Assembly (NCBI GenBank): GCA_039809905.1
Contig: JBDHVY010000001.1
Span: 120,001 to 152,000, forward strand
Origin: Candidatus Babelota bacterium
GTDB lineage: Bacteria; Babelota; Babeliae; Babelales; Vermiphilaceae
Reading direction: 5' to 3'
DNA: 32,000 bases
The first letter of the stretch is position 1; every line of letters begins with the position of its first letter. Positions 25,866 to 32,000 of this stretch are shown here, piece by piece. The position numbers and the translations under genes were made by a program. A model generated the notes under the pieces. The model saw only the letters and a list, made by a program, of their open reading frames with translations. It did not search any database and was not told the origin of the DNA.

Positions 25866-25972
25866 GCGCTCATCCTGAACCTGTTGAAGGATTAAGCGCA
25901 TGCCTTGTAAATTGAATCTTCCAAAAAAAAGAGCGCTCGAAGAAAACCCTTCAACAAGTTCAGGGCGAGCGC
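25866..25972. repeat. GC-rich long inverted repeat (element C) inside the gatC-gatA spacer
   Basis: The left arm GCGCTCATCCTGAACCTGTTGAAGG (25866-25890) matches the reverse complement of the right arm CCCTTCAACAAGTTCAGGGCGAGCGC (25947-25972) at about 22 of 25 positions. The spacer is 56 nt. The arms share the CCTTCRACAAG...GAGCG pattern with element B. Confidence 0.6.
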
Positions 25973-26019
25973 AATAAGAATTTTTAAAAATAAAATTTGA
26001 ATATCGCTATAGGAACCCC

Positions 26020-27468
26020 ATGAGCATTCATCCATTTATAACAATCCGTGAATTAGAAGAAAAATTAGCCAAAAAAGAAATTACCCGCGAAGAAATTCTT
26101 GAATTTTATCTCGCAAGATTTGAATCATTTGATAAGAATATCGGCTCTGCACTTGAAATATTTGATAAAGAATCAATCCTGAATGCCAGCAATACACAAG
26201 ATGGTAATCTTTTTGGTATTCCCGGCCTTATTAAAGATAATATTTGTCAAAAGAACCGCACTACTTCATGCGCATCCAAAATATTAGAAAATTTTGTAAG
26301 CACTTATGATGCAACCGCAATTGAACGCTTGAAAAATGCTGGTGCATTGCTTATTGGTAGAGCCAATATGGATGAATTTGCAATGGGAAGCTCAACAGAA
26401 ACTTCTGCTTTTCAAAAAACACATAATCCATGGGATGTATCACGCATTCCTGGCGGTTCTAGTGGTGGATCGGCTGCTGCTGTTGCAGCTGGATTAGTAC
26501 CATGGGCACTCGGCTCTGATACGGGTGGATCAGTAAATCAGCCTGCTGCTTTATGTGGCATTGTTGGATTGAAACCAAGTTATGGTTTAGTTTCACGATA
26601 CGGATTAATTGCATATGGCTCATCAATTGATCAAATAGGGATCATGACTCGTAGTGTATATGATAATGCGCGAGTGCTTTCTGTTATTGCAGGTAAAGAT
26701 GATAAAGACGCATCAATGCAACAAACAGAGGCTAAAGATTACACCCGTAATTTAACGGGATCTTTGCCGCAAAATCTACGCATTGGTATAGTTGATAATG
26801 CTCTCCATGCGCAAGGAGTTGAAGCTGATATCGTTAATGCAATTGAAACAGCAATAAATGTATTTCAACAAAATGGTGCTAGCATCAAACGTCTACAATT
26901 GCCAACTCTTGATTATGCTGCAGCAACATACTTTATTTTAAGCCGCGCAGAAGCTGCATCTAATTTAGCTCGTTTTGATGGCGTACGGTATGGTCTGCGC
27001 AATAAAAAAGCTACTACCCTAACAAAAATGTATTCCAGTTCTCGTCATGATGGCTTTGGCCCTGAAGTACGTGCACGTATTTTGGTTGGAAATTATGTAC
27101 TTTCAGCTGGTCATGCAGGACAATTTTATAATAATGCACAAAAGGTACAACGTTTAATTAGACATGATTTTGCACAAGCATTTGCTGATGTAGATGTGCT
27201 TATTATTCCAACTCATCCGGCACCTGCATTCAAATTTGGCGCATTTGCTGATAATAAACTACAAATGGATTTGCAAGACTACTTTACCTGCGCAATGAAC
27301 TTGGCAGGAATTGCATCTCTTGGTATTCCGTGTGGCATGAGTAGTGATAACTTGCCAATTGGTCTTCAAATTGTTGGTCCAAGTTTGTCAGAAGAATTAT
27401 TATTCCAAGTAGGACATGCATATCAACAATATACAGATTGGCATAAAAAAACCCCAACCGAATACTAA
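26020..27468 (+). CDS. gatA: Asp/Glu-tRNA amidotransferase subunit A
   Basis: 482 aa. Amidase signature [14 protein letters not shown]...[23 protein letters not shown], plus IKDNI and [12 protein letters not shown]. Confidence 0.95.
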   Translation: MSIHPFITIRELEEKLAKKEITREEILEFYLARFESFDKNIGSALEIFDKESILNASNTQDGNLFGIPGLIKDNICQKNRTTSCASKILENFVSTYDATAIERLKNAGALLIGRANMDEFAMGSSTETSAFQKTHNPWDVSRIPGGSSGGSAAAVAAGLVPWALGSDTGGSVNQPAALCGIVGLKPSYGLVSRYGLIAYGSSIDQIGIMTRSVYDNARVLSVIAGKDDKDASMQQTEAKDYTRNLTGSLPQNLRIGIVDNALHAQGVEADIVNAIETAINVFQQNGASIKRLQLPTLDYAAATYFILSRAEAASNLARFDGVRYGLRNKKATTLTKMYSSSRHDGFGPEVRARILVGNYVLSAGHAGQFYNNAQKVQRLIRHDFAQAFADVDVLIIPTHPAPAFKFGAFADNKLQMDLQDYFTCAMNLAGIASLGIPCGMSSDNLPIGLQIVGPSLSEELLFQVGHAYQQYTDWHKKTPTEY

Positions 27469-27487
27469 TAACATATAAGAACACACT

Positions 27488-28567
27488 ATGATTTATATAA
27501 ATATTATAATTTTTGTAACACTACTAGGGTATCATACAATGACATTTTTATCAGAAGAAAAGATTACTTCTATAGGGCTACAAGAACTTTTATTTGAAGA
27601 TGAACAAAGAATTTTCGACCAAAAAACAAGAATGATTGAAGTTGCTGTATGGTATCCAACACAACAAAAAACTCCTGGTGAAAAAATAGATTCTGATATA
27701 TGGATAATTAAAAATGCAATAAAAAATGCTCCTCTTGATTCTACTACAAAATTACCACTCATTATTTTCTCACATGGATATAGCGGCGACCAATGGGCAC
27801 ATACCTGGTTTGCAGAATATTTTGCGGAACATGGCTATATAGTAGCTATAGTTCGCCACTATGGAAACAGCTATCCCAATATGATTCCAGAAATATGCGT
27901 CAGACCTTGGAATAGACCACAAGATCTTAGTTTTGTTTTAGATCAATTATTAAAACATGAAGAATTTAAAGATAGCATTGATACGAATCGTATTGGAGCA
28001 GCAGGTTTTTCCCAAGGTGGTGTCGCATGTATGTGGCTAGCAGGAGTTAAAGCTCACCTTACTCGTGAAAACCTTAAACAACAAATCACTATGGTTCATG
28101 ATCCTGAATATAAACAGCTTCATTTTAAAAATATTCCATCAGATCGATTAGACAACGTTCTTGATAATTTCACAGAACAAGATTTTACACAGGCAAATCG
28201 CTCATATTATGACCAACGATTTAAAGCTGTTTTTGTCATGGCACCTGGAATTGATGAAGAAAATATTATGTTTAATCCAGACGGTTTATCACAATCAAAA
28301 ATACCTATGCATATAACAGTAGGGCAAATTGATGAAGGAACCGTCGAGCAATCAATCTTTTTTTCGCAACATATTCCCAATTGCACGCTCACTATTATTC
28401 CCGGTTATGTTACTCACTGGCCATTACTCAATGAAGGTACTCCAGAAGGTAAACTAAAAAGACCAATATATACTATTGATCATCCTTCAGTAGACAGAAA
28501 AAAAATACATTCGGATACAGCTGACCAAGCTTTGGAATTTTTTAACCTAAACTTTGCAAAAAATTAA
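27488..28567 (+). CDS. Alpha/beta hydrolase (dienelactone-hydrolase / PAF-acetylhydrolase-like)
   Basis: PLIIFSHGYSG...GYIVAIVRH and the nucleophile elbow GFSQGG. The hydrophobic N-terminus (IYINIIIFVTLLGY) belongs to the protein only if the ATG at 27488 is used; 27539 is the alternative. Confidence 0.7.
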   Translation: MIYINIIIFVTLLGYHTMTFLSEEKITSIGLQELLFEDEQRIFDQKTRMIEVAVWYPTQQKTPGEKIDSDIWIIKNAIKNAPLDSTTKLPLIIFSHGYSGDQWAHTWFAEYFAEHGYIVAIVRHYGNSYPNMIPEICVRPWNRPQDLSFVLDQLLKHEEFKDSIDTNRIGAAGFSQGGVACMWLAGVKAHLTRENLKQQITMVHDPEYKQLHFKNIPSDRLDNVLDNFTEQDFTQANRSYYDQRFKAVFVMAPGIDEENIMFNPDGLSQSKIPMHITVGQIDEGTVEQSIFFSQHIPNCTLTIIPGYVTHWPLLNEGTPEGKLKRPIYTIDHPSVDRKKIHSDTADQALEFFNLNFAKN

Positions 28568-28629
28568 ATGGAAAATAAAAATAACATTAAAACTACGAAG
28601 AGCTAGCTGATTACTAAAATTAATCACGC

Positions 28630-28659
28630 AAAAAGGAGGCTATAAAGCCTCCTTTTTTT
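28630..28659. terminator. Bidirectional intrinsic terminator
   Basis: A-run, GGAGGCT (28635-28641), loop ATAA, AGCCTCC (28646-28652), T-run (28653-28659). Located between the convergent hydrolase gene and gene 28714-28998. Confidence 0.8.
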
Positions 28660-28713
28660 ATATGCACTTTTCTTCAATACCTATTTTTCGTGCTTCTAAA
28701 GTCCAAAGCTTTT

Positions 28714-28998
28714 TTATAATTTTGGTAATGTTTTTTGCAAATCCAATCTTTGTTGCATCAGAGATTCATATCTATCATGTTCTTTTGTTAGTTCCCTTGA
28801 ATAGGCCATATAACTTTGTATCTTAGGATCCCAGCGAATAGAACCTTTCACCCGAATATCTGATCTTTCTTTATTAAGTCTATCAATATTAGCTTTACAC
28901 GCCACTATATCTTGATCCAATTTATCCATGCTCCATAATGTATTGCACATACCGAATGTCATCACTAAACACACGAATGATACTGATTTCATGATCAT
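28714..28998 (-). CDS. Small secreted coiled-coil protein
   Basis: 94 codons, AAGGA RBS, leader SVSFVCLVMTFGMC, remainder charged heptad-like sequence (NIDRLNKERSDI...). Flanked by direct repeats at 28651-28696 and 29002-29045. Confidence 0.55.
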   Translation of the reverse strand: MIMKSVSFVCLVMTFGMCNTLWSMDKLDQDIVACKANIDRLNKERSDIRVKGSIRWDPKIQSYMAYSRELTKEHDRYESLMQQRLDLQKTLPKL

Positions 28999-29001
28999 TA
29001 T

Positions 29002-29045
29002 CCTTTTTTATATGCACATTTTTCTATGCCTATTTTCTACATTCC
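29002..29045. repeat. Direct repeat of 28651-28696 bracketing the small secreted-protein gene
   Basis: CCTTTTTTATATGCACATTTTTCTATGCCTATTTTCTACATTCC compares with CCTTTTTTTATATGCACTTTTCTTCAATACCTATTTTTCGTGCTTC. About three quarters identical by eye, with small indels. Confidence 0.55.
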
Positions 29046-29093
29046 TCATCATATAGCAACAAATTGAGCAAAATATAAAAAAATATCAAAAAA

Positions 29094-29122
29094 AGAGGGA
29101 AAGAATCATTTCCTCTTTTTTT
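29094..29122. terminator. Terminator-like hairpin (second copy of the A-run / stem / T-run structure)
   Basis: AGAGGGAAA (29094-29102) pairs with TTTCCTCT (29109-29116) with one bulged G. Loop is GAATCA, and a T-run extends to 29122. No full-length gene lies next to it. Confidence 0.45.
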
Positions 29123-29546
29123 CCATAAAAAACTTTAATTTTTTTGCTCTAATGTATATAAACGATTATTCATATCCTCTATCATTCGCTGTTGTGATAC
29201 AAAATGCTTAATCTTCATAAAAAATCCCTTTTTTAAATTATAAATAATACCCATTCATAGTAAAAAAATAATTATTATGTCAATTAAAATTTTGGCTCCT
29301 AATCCTAACCTCATTAAAAAGACCAAGACATGCTAGATATTAGCAAAACTATGAAAAGATTCACCATTACGAGAAAAAAATAGACATACAAAATATCAAA
29401 ATAGTGATGAGCGGTATTGGTCTATATTATCACCGAAAAAAAACGAACTAGCATGCTCAGCAAGGATTGCTATTCTTTTTTTTGGTTTGTATACTTTAGG
29501 CCAACTATTTTTCAATCAAACCATTCAAGAACAAAAGGGAGTTGTA

Positions 29547-30533
29547 ATGTTTCGTATTTATTATCGATTACTAGCACTATTGGCACTCAATATATCTGCG
29601 CAGATCATATCAATGGATGCCCCAAATCAAGTAATTATCCAAGAAATCACCGCTATTAAAAAACCTCAAAGAATTGGGTTTATCAATTCATATTCCCTGA
29701 TGATTGCATCTAAAAAAGGTGCTTTTATAGTTAATTGGCCAGACAACGCAACAATCGAAACCATATATAAAAATAATGATATGTTTCCAGTATATTGTTT
29801 TCTTAATAGTAAAAAAAATGCTATAGTAACCTCCGATCCAGAGCAAGTAAATCTTTATGATTTAGAAGGCAAAATAACATGGAAATCAAATAAGCAAAAT
29901 GCATCAACCGTTTTCACTCCAAGTGATAAGCTCTATACACTCAGCGGTAGCACACTTGAATGTAATACTGGTAAAACATTTGAGGTTCCTGGCGATGCGC
30001 CTTTTTGGTATGGCATTATAAGCTCCCATCCGACCAAAGAAAAGATTTTTTACACTAACTACAAACCTCAATCAAACTCGATACTGTTCACCGTAAACCT
30101 TGATGAAGATCCAGTTATTACCACATCACAAGAGTTGCCAAATCCTTCAAATAAAAGCGATAACATGACTTTTGCTCAACTGCACAGCCCATGTGAAAAT
30201 ATCATTGCACTCTCTTATCCTTTGAATGAAACCTGGACTCTTTATAATCCTGAAAACAATACTTTTATCCTAGAAGATATTCAATGTCGCACTTTGGCTT
30301 TTCATCCTACAAAATCATTATTAGCCATGCTCACCAAAGATGGATATATTGAACTGTATGATTTTAAAATCAAAAAAACAATTTCAAAAACTACTGAATC
30401 TCTTGGACAAGTTCCAGCATGGGAATCAGTCAACGAACGCGTAATCGATTTCTCTGAAGAAGGAGACTTTTTAGCAGTTATTGTAGATAAAAAATGTTTT
30501 GTCATTTCAAACTTATATCCAAAAATTGATTAA
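29547..30533 (+). CDS. Secreted WD40-like / beta-propeller protein (hypothetical)
   Basis: ATG at 29547 is preceded by AAGGGAG; the longer ORF from 29487 starts with TTG. Leader YRLLALLALNISAQ. Recurrent WD-like strands include LAFHPTKSLLAMLTKDGYIELYDF, ISSHPTKEKIFYTN and IDFSEEGDFLAVIVDKKCFVIS. Confidence 0.55.
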   Translation: MFRIYYRLLALLALNISAQIISMDAPNQVIIQEITAIKKPQRIGFINSYSLMIASKKGAFIVNWPDNATIETIYKNNDMFPVYCFLNSKKNAIVTSDPEQVNLYDLEGKITWKSNKQNASTVFTPSDKLYTLSGSTLECNTGKTFEVPGDAPFWYGIISSHPTKEKIFYTNYKPQSNSILFTVNLDEDPVITTSQELPNPSNKSDNMTFAQLHSPCENIIALSYPLNETWTLYNPENNTFILEDIQCRTLAFHPTKSLLAMLTKDGYIELYDFKIKKTISKTTESLGQVPAWESVNERVIDFSEEGDFLAVIVDKKCFVISNLYPKID

Positions 30534-30586
30534 TCAAATGAACGCAACCTGTGGCGTTTTTATAGCACCAGGTTGCGTTTATTTGA
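30534..30586. terminator. 18-bp inverted repeat filling the gap between two convergent genes (probable bidirectional terminator)
   Basis: TCAAATGAACGCAACCTG (30534-30551) matches the reverse complement of CAGGTTGCGTTTATTTGA (30569-30586) at 17 of 18 positions, with a 17-nt loop. It starts 1 nt after one stop codon and ends 1 nt before the other. Confidence 0.6.
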
Positions 30587-30868
30587 TCATAATTTTGCTT
30601 GAGCAGAAATCTGCTTTATCAACTCATCTCTATTTTTCGTTAACCGATCAATCTCTACATTCATACCATTATTCAATAAATTCAATTCTTTTCGATCTTT
30701 TTCCAAACATTTTATATTTATAGAACGCAACAACTCTCTTTTATGATAAATCTTGTGATCAAGCTCAATTATTTCTTTTATTTTATCACTGTTATCCATA
30801 CAAAATGAGAGATTATAGAAAAAAATAAACAATATACAAAAGCTCGTTTTAAATAAAAATTCAATCAC
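30587..30868 (-). CDS. Small secreted coiled-coil protein
   Basis: 93 codons. GTG start preceded by a very strong RBS (AGAGGAGGGG). Leader FKTSFCILFIFFYNLSFC, then charged helical sequence with EIDRLTKNRDEL. Same size and architecture as 28714-28998. Confidence 0.55.
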   Translation of the reverse strand: MIEFLFKTSFCILFIFFYNLSFCMDNSDKIKEIIELDHKIYHKRELLRSINIKCLEKDRKELNLLNNGMNVEIDRLTKNRDELIKQISAQAKL

Positions 30869-31053
30869 AGCCCCTCCTCTTTTTTGTCAATTATCATTTT
30901 CATATCCATTGATTCTAAAAAAAATGATGTGAAAAAGTATATCTCTACTCATTTTTTCAGACATTTTCCTAAATAATATTGCTATTAGAAATTTATCAAG
31001 TGTATTATGGTAATGATACTCAAAGGTATCTCATGAAATGTAGGGGTATGATT

Positions 31054-31221
31054 ATGAAAAAATATTTATTTTCTTTTTTAGTTTTCACAAACATTGTTTG
31101 TGAGCTAAAAATTATTTCATGCCCCTATAGTTTTTCACCCGAAGATCAGCGACCATTTTTTGAACAATATGAAACGGAAAATAGTAATCAAGAAGCTAAA
31201 AAAACAGAGGAAAATTCATGA
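31054..31221 (+). CDS. Small secreted acidic protein (hypothetical)
   Basis: ATGs at 31048 and 31054 follow TAGGGG. Leader KKYLFSFLVFTNIVC. The stop overlaps the next start (ATGA at 31218-31221). Confidence 0.45.
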   Translation: MKKYLFSFLVFTNIVCELKIISCPYSFSPEDQRPFFEQYETENSNQEAKKTEENS

Positions 31222-31538
31222 AAAAGATACTACTTATCAGTCTTCTATATCTATCTTTTCCTCTTGCAGCAAGCATTAATTGCCTTGATAATTCAAAACA
31301 TCTAGAAGAAAGCTATGATGATAAAGAATGGCATTCTGTTGCATGCGATTGTTCCTGTGAAAAAGAAATAATCAAAGGTAATAAATGTACTGTATGCCAG
31401 CATTTACAAAACGCAAGCACGTATGTTGTAGTTTTACCAACAAAAATAGCTTTAAGCACGAGAAAAAAAGTATATACTCCACGCAATCCACAAACTGTTA
31501 TTAAAAACCTCGCGCTTAAATACATAGAAAAAAAATAA
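31218..31538 (+). CDS. Secreted Cys-cluster protein (hypothetical)
   Basis: 106 codons, leader KKILLISLLYLSFPLAAS, cluster HSVACDCSCEKEIIKGNKCTVCQH. Translationally coupled to the upstream small ORF. Confidence 0.55.
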   Translation: MKKILLISLLYLSFPLAASINCLDNSKHLEESYDDKEWHSVACDCSCEKEIIKGNKCTVCQHLQNASTYVVVLPTKIALSTRKKVYTPRNPQTVIKNLALKYIEKK

Positions 31539-31560
31539 TTTCTTTCTTAACTTTTTTTAA

Positions 31561-32000
31561 TCAGCGCATTAAAAACAGCATGACGCTATCAGGATTTAAT
31601 GAAAGCGAATCAATGCCATTTTTAATTAAAAAATCTGCAATCTCAGGATAATCAGATGGCGCTTGACCACAAATACCAATATATTTTCCTTTTTTATGCG
31701 CACCTTCTATTGCCATATGCATCATCTTTTTTACCGCTTCATCACGTTCATCAAATAATGATGTCAATATAGTAGAATCACGGTCCACTCCAAGAACTAA
31801 CTGCGTAAGGTCATTTGATCCAATAGAAAATCCATCAAAATAATCGCTGAATTCTTCAATCAATAGCACATTTGATGGAATTTCGCACATCATTACCAAT
31901 TCTAATCCATCTTCACCCTGCACCAAGCCATGAACTTTCATTTCTTCTATAACTTTTTGTGCCTCTTGAATAGTTCGTACAAAAGGAACCATTATTTTTA
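31561..32000 (-). CDS. ppsA: Phosphoenolpyruvate synthase, C-terminal PEP-utilising TIM-barrel part (5' end lies right of the window)
   Basis: ...MVPFVRT..EA..V.E......L..GE.GLELVMMCEIPSNVLL.EEF..YFDGFSIGSNDLTQL.LGVDRDS......FDERDEAVKKM....I..A.K.GKYIGICGQAPSDYPE.A.FL...GIDSLSLNPD is colinear with the PpsA C-terminus. The frame stays open to the window edge. Pyruvate phosphate dikinase is the alternative assignment. Confidence 0.88.
   Translation of the reverse strand, partial: KIMVPFVRTIQEAQKVIEEMKVHGLVQGEDGLELVMMCEIPSNVLLIEEFSDYFDGFSIGSNDLTQLVLGVDRDSTILTSLFDERDEAVKKMMHMAIEGAHKKGKYIGICGQAPSDYPEIADFLIKNGIDSLSLNPDSVMLFLMR

Noticed and set aside
27284-28392. Minus-strand ORFs 27284-27484, 27532-27762 and 28207-28392, and plus-strand ORF 24282-24470
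   Set aside because: They are nested within gatA, the hydrolase gene or the MATE gene in other frames.
29135-29218. 27-codon minus-strand ORF
   Set aside because: It is too short and lacks a leader, so it is not called as a gene. It is treated as a probable remnant of a duplicated small coiled-coil gene (see the finding at 28630-29240).
29417-29659. 80-codon TTG-initiated ORF and the TTG-extended start (29487) of the propeller-like gene
   Set aside because: An ATG at 29547 with an AAGGGAG RBS gives a protein that begins with a proper leader. The upstream extensions have no RBS.
30302-30723. ORFs 30302-30505 - and 30499-30723 +
   Set aside because: The first is antisense to the propeller-like gene. 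The second reads through the 18-bp inverted-repeat terminator and runs antisense into gene 30587-30868.
1-32000. Search for CRISPR arrays, rRNA genes, transposases/IS ends, integrases, toxin-antitoxin pairs and restriction-modification genes
   Set aside because: I found no regularly spaced short repeats and no rRNA-like conserved blocks. I found no DDE or tyrosine/serine recombinase motifs. No recognisable defence-gene signatures appeared in any of the listed ORF translations. The duplications described above therefore lack an identifiable mobile-element driver.

Overview
AT-rich (roughly one-third GC by eye), gene-dense bacterial chromosome segment with clear Shine-Dalgarno sites. Housekeeping genes are present: yicC 3' part, dnaE, tRNA-Phe, pheS, galU, rsmG, a MATE transporter, gatC, gatA and the ppsA 3' part. 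Interleaved with them is a large set of proteins with N-terminal hydrophobic leaders that are eukaryote-like or orphan. These include five F-box-like/ankyrin genes (12.9-20.7 kb), a eukaryote-type myo-inositol oxygenase, an exported beta-carbonic anhydrase, a MutS-core ATPase with a His-rich insert, an FtsH-like AAA ATPase without a protease domain, a WD40-like protein and several small secreted proteins. This fits an obligate intracellular symbiont or parasite of a protist; Dependentiae/TM6-like is my unverified guess. Three results stand out. (1) The ankyrin region carries duplication scars: three copies of the 3' end of a PAP2-like gene, each abutting a convergent F-box-like/ANK gene, plus a decapitated second copy of the MIOX promoter and start codon. 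(2) The same pattern occurs at the left edge, where a secreted-protein gene is bracketed by an intact and a decayed copy of the yicC 3' end. (3) Three GC-rich hairpin-forming islands share CCTTCGAC/GTCGAAGG-type arms; one of them splits gatC from gatA. I saw no transposase, integrase, CRISPR array or rRNA. All similarity statements are by-eye alignments and motif recognition; no searches were run.
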